64,000 nucleotides of DNA from Chiloscyllium plagiosum (GCF_004010195.1 NC_057719.1:61610467-61674466); one strand, 5' to 3'. Shown: positions 13,129-26,509, numbered from the stretch's first letter. The notes: a model not told the origin generated them from the sequence alone. Translations and numbers: made by a program.

Positions 13129-14170
13129 ATGATGGGGTCAACGATTTCTAAATGTAGGAAAGATGGGCTGGCCCCAGGGACAAGTAAACTATGTCCTACT
13201 GAGAAGAATGGCCCACATCCATTTGTCCCCTCGAAAAAGACGCAGAAGTGCCAAGGTAAATACATTCACTGCAAAATACTTACCCCATCCGTGTGCCAAT
13301 CCCCTTCTGTTGGGAGTATCCTGAACCTTAGAGTTCCCAACAAGAATACTACAAGTGCCAAGTTCACAACTCTTTGGATTGGAACTCAGACCAATTACTT
13401 GAGAACTTATAATGGCATCTATTTCATTTGTAGCCACAAGGCCTACCCCTGGCTGCCAGTCTGCTGGACTGGTAGTTGCTATCCAGGGTATGTGGTCCCC
13501 TTTATTTACCACTTTCATTCCTCCCTGTCCAATGGCCTTGCCCTCTCACCAAGAGAGCTATAACTGACACTGAACAGTTCTTTGCCATTCTCTTCCCCTC
13601 GTATGGGACCACTCTACTGGCAACAGAGGTCAGGAAATTGGCCTCAGTTCTTGAGGAAATAGCAAATGACACGGTAGCAGCCTTTGACCAACTTAGTGTG
13701 GAGGTGGTCTCCATTCGCACAGTTGCCTTATGAAACAAGTTGGCCTTAGACTATGTACTAGCCAAGAAAGGCGGCACTTGTGCCCTTATTGGTGCCAAAT
13801 GTTGCACCTATATTCCTGACTCCAGTGAGAACATTACCAACCTTGCCAATCACATTCAGAAGGCTGCCTCCAAGCTCCGTGACACTAGCTCCCCTCGGGA
13901 TCTGTGGAGCTGGATGGTGAATGGTGTGGTCCCCTGGGAAAGGCCCGCTTGCAGGGCCTCGTTATACTTGTTGTCATTTTCGTTATCATTTCAGTTCTCA
14001 TCATCTGCCTTAAGTAGAGCTGTGTGCACTTTAGCTCACTTTTATTACCCTCAGGCCCATTAACTTTCCAGTTGGTCAAGACGCCCCTCATGGAAATCCC
14101 TTACGCCCCTCATGGAAATCCCTTACCCTTTTGATTCCGAGCCTCCGCTACTGGATAATCCCACAGGCTC
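13129..14170 (+). pseudogene. env: Gamma-type retroviral env remnant (C-terminal SU + TM) fused to a gag-like N-terminus
   Basis: SU-like YFICSHKAYPWLPVCWTGSCYPGYVVP; cleavage-like LTKR|AI; fusion-peptide-like FFAILFPSYG; ISD L*NKLALDYVLAKKGGTC; CX6CC (CALIGAKCC); membrane anchor LVILVVIFVIISVLIICL in a shifted frame. Frameshifts near 13520 and 13920; stop at 13731-13733. Confidence 0.9.
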
Positions 14171-14226
14171 CAGCTAAATTCCCTCTTTTGCAGGTAATCA
14201 TGACCTCATGATCAAAAAGGATGGAT

Positions 14227-14553
14227 TGTGCAAGTTTTTTTTGCTGGATTGCCTGTTTGCAGCAATGTTTTAGTCAGTCATGGTGCTACTTTTGCCTTAG
14301 TTTGGTCCCTTGCCCTGAGTGGACTTAACTATGAGAAAATCTACTTCTTCCCACATAACTTATGAACTGTTTATCTATAGGCACCTGTTAATCAGTATGT
14401 AGTGTGTAGTACAAATCAGTATGTAGTACAAATGTAGTGTGCATTGATTCAAGGCCTGAGAACAATAACTCATTAATATATAATTTTGGCAAGATCTCAA
14501 ATCTGCTTGGAGTATGTTCACATAGGCCATCTAGTGACTATTTTGTGTAACTA
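14227..14553 (+). repeat. ERV 3' LTR, 3'-truncated; PPT AAAAAGGATGGA at 14214-14225
   Basis: Homologous to 12390-12685; ends abruptly where a Penelope-like fragment begins. Confidence 0.85.
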
Positions 14554-14554
14554 C

Positions 14555-14800
14555 TTAGAAAGGCAGAAGCAGGAGGTAGCAAAGAGTACAATGGGTGAAT
14601 GGGGGTGGGGATGAAGGTGATAGATCAGAAAGGAGGGTGGAGTGGATAGGTGGAAAGGAAAATAGGCAGGTAGGACAGGATTTATTGTATCTGTTGCTCC
14701 TGATGCAGTCGCCTCTACATTGGGGAGACTGGACACCTCCTAGCAGAGTGCTTTAGGGAACATCTCCGGGGCACCCACACCAATCAACCCCACCACCCTG
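14555..14800. mobile_element. Penelope-like element fragment with internal inversion
   Basis: 14555-14679 matches the purine-rich terminal region also seen at 60110-60210. 14680-14800 (+) encodes IYCICCS*CSRLYIGETGHLLAECFREH (GIY-YIG). Confidence 0.75.
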
Positions 14801-17413
14801 ATTGGAGGAAGGTGAATAATATATTAGACTCTGAAAGGGTTAATGCTGAGGAGCACATTGAGCACCAATATTATGGTGATGTTGTACAGACTTGGGTGAA
14901 GATACTGTTTTGTCCTTAAAAACCATGTGCACAAAATCAGTCAGCTGGATTGTGTCAGTCATGTTGATGGATTCATTGAAATGCAGTGATTGCCTGGTTC
15001 AGCAGCACTGACATCTTCCGCAAAGGACTTTCAAGAAATAAAATGTCCTCTAGTTTAAAGGGAGATTGCAGACCTCAGACTGTTAAGAAAAGAATCATTG
15101 TCAACAGTATTCAAGCTAAAACCCTACCAATCTTCAGAGACCAAACAGAATGCATTCTGGTAGAGGAGTGAAATCACCAGGCCACCTAAATTTGTGAAGT
15201 CAGAGTCTTGGGAGAAGCATAAATGTGTAATTGTAATCATAAATGTATAAATGTGACAAAAAGATTTGAGGAAGGTGAATAGTATATTAGGCTCTGAAAG
15301 GGTTAATGCTGAGGAGCACATTGAGCACCAACATTATGGTGATGTTGTACAGACTTGGGTGAGAAAACAGCTCCGCATTTTGAAAGGGATTGACCTATCA
15401 TCCAGCTCTGCCTCATAGTCTTAGTAAGAATGGATGGAATCTTCTGTTTTTTTCCCCAAATCTGCCCCTTTAAGATTCAAAATACATATACACTCAATCA
15501 TGAATAAGACAGACAAAAGACAAACTATTAGGTATAAACAGTATGCATGGGAAAATATGAACAGGAGAAACAACATTCTGAAGATCAAAAGCCCAGACCA
15601 TAAAGATTGGTTAACTTGGCTCTCAAGTCTTTTGATTTTACCAATGAAGACATGCTATTGGCTGTAGGACAATTGTCATTCTTTGATTCAATAGTTGATG
15701 ATTCTGGTTGCGCTACCCTCAAATGTTAGAACCATCACTTAACTTTCATTATGTTTAGTTTTATTCTTTTATCAATTTGATTTGGAATTGAAGAAAAATT
15801 ATGGTCTTTGTAAAATAGCTTGTGGTAAAAGGAAAAGAATAAAAAGTTCTTTTGTTTGTTTGAGAGGTCAGGCCTGGAGGTTAATTGCAGGCTGAATCAG
15901 ACACGGTGCCCTTTTGGAAAGTATGTGTTTAATCAGGTAGCAGAGGTTGACTATTAACAAAGTCAACACATTGGAATTGTTTCCAGCAAGTTTTGAAGAC
16001 ACCCCATCAAACAGATGGCAGATATTGCAGTCAAATACAGACAGTTGGTCTGTCAGGGTGAAACCATAGTTAAGTTTGTTGTTTTGCACTTTGTGTTTTG
16101 GGAAGATGAGCTTGGCTACTGGGGACACAGCATGAAGTTTTGAAAGCTCCCTGCCTAATCTCCCACACCAGTTTCTGGAAGCTGAGCTGGAAGTATTTCT
16201 GCATTTGCCTGTCTAAGATGGCCCTGATCAGCAGTTCCAGAAAAGCAAGTGAGGAGTCCACATCTATGACCGTAAAACAAACCTAACCATATTGTGAAAA
16301 CCACTGAAGTAATCTGGCCAGTTTTGTTATTTTCTTTTATTTATCCCGTAACTGTTTGAGTGCAAATTCCAAGTCATGATTGTGAACCAATTTTTGCAAT
16401 AATTTCTAGTGCTAGTCATTCTTATTGTGTATGCGTGTGTTGTACATTTATGCTTAAGTTCAGATAGCTCCATATGGGAATTTTATAGGTTTTTTGGCAG
16501 ACAACCAAATCAATAAACTATTGATGTTATGCAGCAGTGAGAATCAAGGATTTGTCTTTGTAAAAGGGATGGGACTCAATTATTGATTATTCCTGAACTT
16601 GAAAACCAAAATCTTATAATGATCCCTCCAGCTCATACAGAACTTCCTGACACTGCAGGGAAGATGGAAATACTCAATATGCTTCCCTGGACACCTCGCA
16701 AGATGTGAGTAAATAGATAAACTCACTTTCTTTCCCAATTACTGCATACAGAAAACAAACTTGTATGTTGACACAAAGAAAATCACAAATGCATCTTTCC
16801 TTCTCACCATTTTCAACCATTTTAGTCTATACATTCCCCATACACATTTGAAAGTCGAACAGATATATCCACCCACAATTTAACAATATGTCCTCAAATT
16901 GCCCTTCCCTCCCCATAAGTAAATACTAAATAGAAACAGATACATGTACATCTCCAATGGTGAACAGAATAGAGGAATGCATTCATGAAGGCTTCTTCCA
17001 CAGCACCTTCTAAACCTGTGGCCTCTACCATCTAAAAAGGACAGGATGCAATGGAACACCCCCACATCCAAATTCCTCTCTAAGCCAAACAACACACTGA
17101 CATAAAACTATATTGCCATTCCTCTTTTATCAGGTGTCTTGATGCCACGCTATATGTTTGGCTTCAATATAGACTGGTTGAGAGAAGACTATGTCAAGAA
17201 CTGTCTTCAGGCTTAAAGCTCAAAGTAAAATGATTTGTTATATGCTAATAATAAATACTGCTATACACAGTACTCACAGATCTTCCAAGCTCTGACTTAT
17301 AGTTACTTTAGATAAAAATTAATCTATCTACTTATGTGTTAATTTCCATGTGCTCTTAAGATTCTCTAAAGTTCGTGTGCAATGTATTCGACTTGTTGTA
17401 TGTTCTTCGAGAA

Positions 17414-18530
17414 AGGGTGGTGGTTGATGAGAAATGTTAACCCTGGAGTTCAGTTACTAGTGGGTTACCACAAGGATCTGTTTTGGGGCCACTGTTGTTT
17501 GTCATTTTTATAAATGATCTGGATGAGGGCGTAGAAGGATGGGTTAGTAAATTTGCAGATGACACTAAGATTTGTGGAGTTGTGGATAGTGCTGAAGGAT
17601 GTTGCAGGTTACAAAGGGACATAGGTAAGATGCAGAGATGGGCTGAGTGATAGCAAATGGAGCTTAATACGGAAAAGTGTGAGGTGATTTACTTTGAAAG
17701 GAGTAACAGGAATAATGAGCACTGGGCTAATGGTAAGATTCTTGGTAGTGTAGATGAGCAGAGAGATCTCGGTGTCCATGTACATTGATCCCTGAATTTT
17801 GCCACCCAGGTTGATAGGGTTGTTAAGAAGCATACTGTGTGTTAGCTTTTGTTAGTAGAGGGATTGAGTTTCGGAGCCATGAGGTCATGCTGCAGCTGTA
17901 CAAACCTCTGGTGCAGCCGCATTTGGAATATTGTGTACAGTTCTGGATACCGCATTATAGGAAGGATGTGGAAGCTTTGGAAAGGGTTCAGAGGAGGTTT
18001 ACTAAAATGTTGCCTGGTATGGAGGGAAGGTCTTATGAGGCTGAGGGACTTGAGGCTGTTTTTGTGAGAGAGAAGATGTTTGAGAAGTGACTTAATTAAG
18101 GCATATATGATTATCAGAGGATTATATAGGGTGGACAGTAAGAGCCTTTTTCCTCAGATGGTGATGGCTAGCACGAGGGGTCACCCCAAAATAGATCCTT
18201 GCAGTACACCACTAATAACTGAACTCCAGGATTAACATTTCTCATCAACCACCACCCTTTCTTGAAGAATATTTTAAATTGAGGGGTGATAGATATAGGA
18301 CGATGTCAGAGGAGGTTTCTTTACTCAGAGAGTAGTAGGGGTGTGAAATGCACTGCCTGGAACAGTTGTAGACTTGCCAATTTTAAGGACATTTAAATGG
18401 TCATTGGATAAACATATGAATGAAAATGGAGTAGTGTAGGATAGATAGGCTTCAAATTGGTTCCACAGGTTGGGGCAGCAAAGGGCCAAAGGGCCTGTAC
18501 TGCGCTGAAATGTTTTAAGTTCTGTGTTCT
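17414..18530 (+). mobile_element. 5'-truncated CR1 LINE
   Basis: [51 protein letters not shown]...KDVEALERVQRRFTKMLPG; 3' tail TTCTGTGTTCTA. Confidence 0.9.
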
Positions 18531-18589
18531 ACAGCATTTTTTTTTTGGTCTAATGCCACCCACAGAATTACTTACGCTCATTGATTTGT

Positions 18590-20276
18590 AGTGCAAAAGA
18601 GAAGACTGATGAATTCGCAACAATCTTTAGTCAGAAGTGCTGAGTGGATGATCCATCTCAGGCTCCTCCAGTGGTTTCCAGCATCACCGACACCCAGTCT
18701 CCAGCCAATTCAATTCACTCCACATGATATCACAAAATGGCTGGAAAAACTGGATACTGCAAAAGCAATGGGCCCTGATAACATTCTGCCAATAATGCTG
18801 AAGATGTGTGCTCCAGAACTTGCTGCTTCCCTAGCCAAGCTCTTCCAGTACAGTTACAACACTGGCATCTACCCAACAAATGTGGAATATTGCCCTGTGC
18901 ACACAAAGCAAGACAAACCAACCCGACCAATTACCGCCTCATCAGTCTACTCTCCATCATCAGTAAAATGATGGAAGGTACCATCAACAGTGCTATCAAG
19001 CAGCACCTGCTCAGCAACAACTTGCTCAGTGACGCCCAGTTTGGGTTTCGCCAGGGTCACTCAACTCCTGATCTCATTACAGCCTTGGTTCAAACATGGA
19101 CAAAAGAGCTGAATTCCAAAGGTGAGGTGAGAGTGACTGCCCTTGACAGCAAGGCTGCATTTAACTGAGAATGGTATCACGGAGCAGTGGCAAAACTGGA
19201 ATCAATGGGTATCAGGGGCCACATACTCTGCTGGTTAAAGTCATACCTGGCACAAAGGAAAATTGTTGTGGTTGTGGACAATCAATCATCTCATCTCCAG
19301 GACATCTCTGCAAGAGTCCCTCAGGGTAGTATCCTAGGCTCAACAATCTTCAGCTGCTTCATCAATGTCCTTCCCTCTGTCATAAAGTCAGAAGTGGGGA
19401 TGTTTGCCGATGATTGCACAGTGTTCAGCACCATTCGTGACTCCTCAGTTCATGCTCAAATGCAACAAGATCTGGACAATGCTACAGGGTCAACAAGTGG
19501 CAAGTAACATTCACACCACACAAATGCCAGGCAATGACCATCACCAATAAGAGACATTCTAACCCCTGCCCCTTGACATTCAATGGTATTACCATCATTG
19601 AATCCCCCACTGTCAACATCCTTGGGGTTACCCATTGACCATAAACTCACTGGACTCACTACATAAACACAGTGGCTACAAGAGCAGATCAGAGACTGGG
19701 GATACTGTGGCAAGTAACTCACCTCCTGACACCCCAAAGTCTAATCCACCATCTACAAGGCAGAAGTCAGGAGTATGATGGAATACTCCCCATTTGTCTG
19801 GATGGGTGCAATTCCAACAACACTCAAGAAGCTTGACACCATCCAGACAAAGCAACCCGCTTGATTGGCACCACATCTATAAACATTCAATCCCTTCACC
19901 AGCAACGCTCAGTAGTAGCAGTGTGTACTACCTACAAGATACACTGCAGAAATTCACCAAAGATCCTTAAGCAGCACCTTCCAAACCCACAACCACTTCC
20001 ATCTAGAAGGACAAGGCAGCTGGTACTTGGGAACACCACCACCCACAAGTTCCCCTCCAAGCCACTCACCACCCTGACTTGGAAATATATTGCCTTTCCT
20101 TCACAGTTGTTGGGTCAAAATCCTGGAATTCCTTCCCTACTGACACAGCAAGTGGACTGCAGCGATTCAAGAAGTAAGCTCACCACCACCTTCTCAAGGG
20201 CAAATAGGAATGGGCTATCAATGCTGGCCATTGGTGATGGTCGGCGATGCACAAGTCCCATAAATGAATAAAAAAA
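18590..20276 (+). mobile_element. Second LINE family (CR1/L2 group) RT to 3' end
   Basis: KAMGPDNI...; NYRLISLLSIISKMMEG...QFGFRQGHSTPDLI...ALDSKAAF; VPQGSILG...GMFADDC; ends CCCATAAATGAATAAAAAAA. Confidence 0.9.
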
Positions 20277-22056
20277 TGTACTATTACATCATAAAAAGGT
20301 TGCTGCAGGGTCCTGATGCCTTTACATAACAGTTTATTTACTGTCACTGTGTCAAAATCCTAGTATTCTCTCAATAGCACTATTGATGTATATATATTGC
20401 AGTGGTTCAAGAAGGCGAGTCACCACCATATTTTCAAGTGCAATTAGGCATGGGCAATAAATTCTGGCCTATCTAATGATACCCATTTCCCATGAGGAAT
20501 ACAGAAGATTAGACACATTGTCTTGAATTACCCCATATCCTAACGAAAAATGGATATCTTACTGTATTCCACTGAATTTTATTATAGAATTATAAGAAAT
20601 GCCAAATTAAACCTGTTAAAATTAAGGTGGATTCAGATTTAAGTCTCATTTTAATGTATTTTAATGAAGGAATGCAGTCCTTCAGTCGTCACATATTTCC
20701 AATACACAGATAACTGGGAACATAGAAATAAAGGAGGTTCTCATGATTGGAAATCCATTGTTCAACAATATTGGGTGGAAGAACATCTGTTCAGCCTCAA
20801 CAGCCTCTTGAGCCAAGCTAAGTCGAGGGAAAATCTTCAGGCTGTCACATTTTCTTGCAGGGTTTTAAGGATACAAGTACAATACTTCAAATCCACCACT
20901 CTCAGGATCAAGGCAGTGCTGGATTTCAAACAATTCTCGATTTCAAATCAGGCAGTTTGGACAGTAGATAGTTAATTCAAACCAGGTCAGGTGGTGAAGA
21001 CGGTCAATTGGAGTATGGAGTGGAGTAGGCTATAAAGCAGGAAAGCTAGTAACTGATCCGGAGGTAGACTGAAGCAATGCAGGACCTAGCCGAATTGCTA
21101 AAGTCTTCTTAAAACTTTACTCAATTATAATTGATACAAAATTGTCCAGTTTTCAGATAACTTCACTTTTTAGATAGTTGGATTTGAGGTGCTTTACTTG
21201 TATTGGAAAGAAATATCCTGCCAGAGTGGTACAACATACACTTGGCTTAATGGATATTGGTTCCATGCCTTCACAGCAGTGATGCTTTATGTTGCTGAAG
21301 TTGCAAACATACTGGGGGTAATTTATATGGATAAATGGTTTGCCACTATAAAAGAAAATAAAGAAATGTTATTTAGTGGAAGTGATTTCTAATTTCCAGA
21401 ATTGGAATGAATGTCTTTTTTTGTAGAGGATCACTGTTCCTACCATTTATCTATGATTACTAACCCATGTCTAAACTACATATTTTACTGAGACTCAGAG
21501 CATAAAGATTGTTTATTATGTCAACATGAATCAGCCTCTGATAAAAATATTCTACATAAATTATTCATGGAAAGTGTTCATTTCATGAATTCATATAAAT
21601 TCGTTATAAAAGTCTCCAATCAAATTTTTCAAATCAGATCAACTGAATAACATCAATTTTTGTAAATGTTAAGACAGTCAACAATATATTTTCTACTAGG
21701 ATCAAAATAAATTCCTCTTTATTAATTTAACTTTAATGTTATGTTTCAGTTAATCTTTGGACAACATAATCATGCAAGTTGCATTTGGATGAAGATGGCT
21801 CTTCAGCCTCTTTGACACCCTACTTTCAGGATGCCAAAATGACTGATTCCTCAGTGATGCATCCAGTAGTTTTAAATAATCCCAATGTTCTGGCCTCAAC
21901 CTCACTTTTGGCAATTTTTCTGGAAGCCATTCTGAGGAGGATCAAGAGATTAATACCTGGAATGGGTGAGTTATCACACAAAGAAAGGGTGGACAGACTA
22001 GGCTTATGTTTCAAAGAGTAAGAACTGACAAGTGAAACATACAGACTCTGTGGGGT

Positions 22057-22866
22057 CTTTTTTTCATTCATTCATGGGACATGGCATTACTCATTGGCCT
22101 TGATAGGTGGTTGTGAGTTGCCTTCTTGAACCGCTGTAGTACATGTGCTTTAGGTGGGCCCACAATGCTGATAGAGAGTGAGCTCCGAGAATTTGACCCA
22201 GCAACTTTGAAGGAAAAATGATACATTTGCAAGTCAGGATTGTGAGTGGCTTTGAGGGTATCTTGTAGGTATGATGTCCCCATGTGTCTGCTGCCTTTTT
22301 CCATTCAGACATAAGTGGTCGTGGGTTTGAAAGGTACTATCTCATGATCTTGATCAGTTTTTTGAAGTGCATCTTGCAAATAGTATGCACTGCTGCTGCT
22401 GAGCAGCGGTAGTGAAGGGAATGGATACTTATGGATCTGGTGCCAATCACATGGACCGCTTTGTCCTGGATAGTGTAACTCTTCTTGAGTGTTGTTGGAG
22501 CTGTATTCATCCAGGCAAGTGGAAGGATTCCATTACATTCCTTGCTTGGGCTTTGTACATGGTGGATAGGCTTTGGGGAGTCAGGAGATGAATTACTTAT
22601 AGCAGGATTCCTAGCCGTGGACCTGCTCTTGTAACCATTGTATTTAACCTACTTGAATTTCTGGTTAACGGTTGCCCTCAGAATGCTAATAATGGGAAAT
22701 TCAGTTTAGTGACACCACTCAATGTCAAGGGACAATGGTTAGACTCTCTCTTGTTAGAAATGATCACTAATTTACATTTGTGTGGCACAAAGGTTTTGGT
22801 CATTTTTCAGCCCAAGGCTGGATGTTGCTTAGATCTTGATGCATTTGGACATAGGTTGCTTCAGTA
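22057..22866 (-). mobile_element. Decayed copy of the 18590-20276 LINE family (3' part)
   Basis: Reverse-complement homology to 19480-20276; TTTTTTCATTCATTCATGGGAC terminus. Confidence 0.75.
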
Positions 22867-24249
22867 TGTTGGCGGGGTGGATTTGGAAAAAGTGTTTCAG
22901 CTTCTAGTAGAATCTAGAAGCAGGGATCATGGTTTAAGAATAAGTGTTTGGCATTTAAGAAAGAGTAAAAATTATTTCTCACAAAGGGTTGAGACCCTTT
23001 GAAACACTTTCTCAAAAGATGGTGTAAGTTTTGAGGATATTTTAAGGCAGAGGTAGCTAGTTACTCCATAAGCTAGGGGTAAAAATGATCAGGGTTTGAA
23101 GGGGTATGGGGAATAATCAGTTCAGTTATGATCTTATTGAATGGCACAGCAGGCTCAGAGGGCCTGTTCCTGCTTCTAAATCGTACGGTTGTGTGGTCAT
23201 ATGTAGCTTGTTATATTTCATCACATTCTGGGTCAAGAAATAGTTCCTGATAGCTAGCCTGCATTTGTTCCTCACAAACCTGATATGCTACTTAAATCTG
23301 TTCAGTTATTTGTGTTTGAGCAGGGGTCTATGATGACATTGGATTTCATAAGGCTTGTCAAATAAATATCGACTTGTAAGAAATAGGAGCATTTGTAAGT
23401 GTTGTATCTTCCATCTGAAGCCACATGATGGAGCTGAATAACCCTCTAAGTACACACAAGAGTTCCCTGCAATGCAGCAGTGGAACACGCATATTCCAGC
23501 AAACTGCAGTGAATGTTGTCTTTAGCAAGCATTACACAACCTCACCCCAAGAGGGCAGAATTTCCATACAAGCAAAATAAAATAAAAACATTCCTTCACC
23601 AAACAGTTGTATATACAGGAAGCTACTCATGTATGTTCAATAATATTCAGTCTGTAAAATTTTAAATAATTCGGAAAACCATTATATAGGATTAATACTT
23701 ATATATTAATAATATATATCATAATAACAAGTTTTTTAATATATTTAACAAGTTTTGAAGTTAATAAATCAATCCAAAGCAAAGGAACACCTTATGATAC
23801 TGAGTCACATGTGGATAACTTAAGGGAGATGACTAAAAGCTAGGTCAAAGATGGAGGTTTTAGGGAGAGTTTTAAAGAAGGAAAATGAGGCAGGAACTTG
23901 GAGAGGTGTAGGTACAACAGTCTTGATCTTATGGCTTTGGCAACGCCAAGGACAGCTACTAATGATGAAGGAATTAAAATCAAGGATACACAAGTGGCTA
24001 GAACTAGAGGTGTACAAATATTTCACTTCTTTAACAGAAGAGAGACAAGCAAGAGAAGATTATTTGGCCCAATGAGCAAACTTCGCCATTCAATATGACC
24101 ATGGCTAATCTTCGGCTTCATTTCCACTTCTCCTCCAGCTCCTGACACCTTTTGTGTCAATAGCGAGTCAATCACAAAGTTAAAGTTTATTAATGTATTC
24201 ATTAAGTCTAAGAGAAACAGGGGTGGATATTAATTATCTTTGAGCCGAT

Positions 24250-24925
24250 GCTTGGATCTTTAAAATGTCATGAAAAGGTACAGAAAATAATCAAGAAAGT
24301 TTTTGGAATTCTGACTTTTATATCTAGAGCATTAGAGTACAAGGGTGCAGAAGTTATGCTGCAGTTATACAAACCCATGGTTAGACCCCACTTGGACAGG
24401 TGTGAACAGGTCTGGATAAAATATCTTTGGAAGGAACTATTGGCCTTGGAGAGAGTACAACATGATACCTGGACTTAAGAGGTTAAGTTATGAGGAGAGA
24501 GTATACAAAATAGGTTTGTTTTCTTGAGAACTTGGAAGGATAAGAGGTGATCTCATTGAAATCTTGAAGATATAGAAAAGACAGGGTAGATAAAGATAAA
24601 TTATTTCCACTGGTTGGTGTTTTACAACTGGTTGGTGTTTTACAACTGGAGGGCATAGTCTGAAAATTAGGTCAGACCATTCAAGAGAGATGTTAGGAAC
24701 CACTTCTACATCCAAAGGGTGGTAGATGTTTGGAGCTCTCTTTCTCAAATGGAAGTGGATGCTGAATCAGTTGTTACGTTTATATTTGAGATACATCATT
24801 TTTTGTTAAGCAAAAGTATTAAGGAATATGAACCAAAGGAAGATAAATGGATTTGGGCCTCAATTCAGCTCACTGAATGATGGATCAAGTTTGAGTGGCT
24901 GAATGGCTTATTCATGTTCCCACAT
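24250..24925 (+). mobile_element. Decayed CR1 3' fragment
   Basis: ISRALEYKGAEVMLQLYKPMVRPHL...LLALERVQ; contains an 18-nt tandem duplication ACTGGTTGGTGTTTTACA. Confidence 0.8.
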
Positions 24926-25844
24926 TCAAATTAAACAATGGAAAACTTGTTATATATTCTCTATGTTGAACTGCACTTCTTTCTATGCAAGCATAATTTT
25001 TATTTTTATATTTTTAATTGTTCATGAAATGACAATTAAAGACAAAAAAACTGCACATGCTGGAATCCAAAGTAGACAAGCAGGAGGTTGGGAGAACACA
25101 GCAAGCCAGGCAGCAGCAGGAGGTGCAGAAGTCAACATTTCGGGTGTAACACCTAAAACATGATGACTTCTCCACCTCATCATGAAATGCTGGAAGCTAG
25201 GTCAAAAGTCCAAAGCAATTTATGAATCATCAAAAAACATGCCAGTCTCCATATATAATAAAAGTTACTTTCAGGTAGGAATCTGTGTATAATAAAAGAT
25301 GCTTTCAGATGGAAACCTCAAAGATTTTATAAACTAAAGACTTCCTAAAATATCAGTGAAATAATAGTTAACACTGTGCTAATAGATTTTTAAATGGTGG
25401 CAGCAACAAGTTCTTTTGCATCTGGAAGAGTCTCATTGACCAACTCCACTAAGTCATCCTGGAACTGTATTCATTGATTTGCAAGATGAAACCAAGGAAC
25501 ACTCTCCCTGTGTGAAATTAACTGAGTATTTTGTCTATGACAGTCTATCTTCTTTAAAAAAAAAGAGATATGGAACTAAGCATCTCCAGTCACTGTATTG
25601 TGGTAGCCTACAGAGAAACCTCTTTTGGAAGGATAGGTAGCCAAGTGAACTCTTCTGATTCCAAACCTGGGTCAAAGTCTCAGACTTGAATTTTGTAGAT
25701 TTAATGTTTAAGTGTTGATCAAGGCAGAATATGCCTCTTGAACAGATTAATCATGTGTACAACATGACTGTTTGACTAAATTAATCAGTAATATATTCTT
25801 TTGCACAAACATCATGACTTTGAACCAATTCTATACATGGAATA

Positions 25845-26228
25845 TAGCAGGTTGAGGGATGGCATTATAGAGGTTTATAAAATCATGAGGCAATAGATAA
25901 AATGAATAGTAAAGGTCTTTTTCCTAGAGTTGAGGAGTTCAAAACTAGAGGGCATAATTTTAAGGTGAGAGGAGAAAGATTTAAAAGGGACCTGAGGGGC
26001 AACGTTTTCATTCAGAGGGTGGTTTATATATGGAGTGGAATGTCAGAGGAAGAGGTAAATGCAGGTACAGTTACAACATTTGGATAGATACATGAATACG
26101 AAAGGTTTAGAAGGATATGGCAAATGTAGGCAAATGGAACTAGTTTTGTTTGGGAAACTTGGTCGGCATGGACAAGTTGAACCAAGAGGTCTGGTTCCTT
26201 ACTGTATGACTCTATGATTATGACTATG
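25845..26228 (+). mobile_element. CR1 3' end
   Basis: KGLFPRVEEFKTRGHNFKVRGERFKRDLRGNVFIQRVV; tail TATGACTCTATGA. Confidence 0.85.
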
Positions 26229-26509
26229 ACATAAAAACAGGGAGCAAGGGGTCCTCTTGTGGCACAAGGGTACTGTCCCTTCCAAGGGACTCAGGTTCAA
26301 GTCTCACCTGCTCCAGAGGTGTGTAATAATATATCTGAATGGATTGATTAGAAAAAATAGGTTAAATTTAAAAGAAAATAAGTAGAGGGAGCACCTGTAA
26401 TACTGAGTGTAGGCTGAGAGATATAAGACTGAGTAAGCCAATAAAACCTCTCCACAGTGAAAACTGTGTACCTTAGTTTCTCACTCAGAAACTGGCTTTG
26501 ATTATTTTA

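Larger units (their letters stand above)
12390..14553 (+). mobile_element. Internally deleted endogenous retrovirus (LTR-PBS-leader-gag start/env-PPT-truncated LTR)
   Basis: Two homologous LTRs start TGTG at 12390 and 14227; PBS follows the first, PPT precedes the second; env remnant lies between. Inserted into the 3' end of a CR1 (…GGGATATGGGCC|TG). Confidence 0.9.

Noticed and set aside
13129..14170. Domesticated syncytin-like env gene
   Set aside because: No signal peptide, frameshifts and in-frame stops, including one in the ISD.
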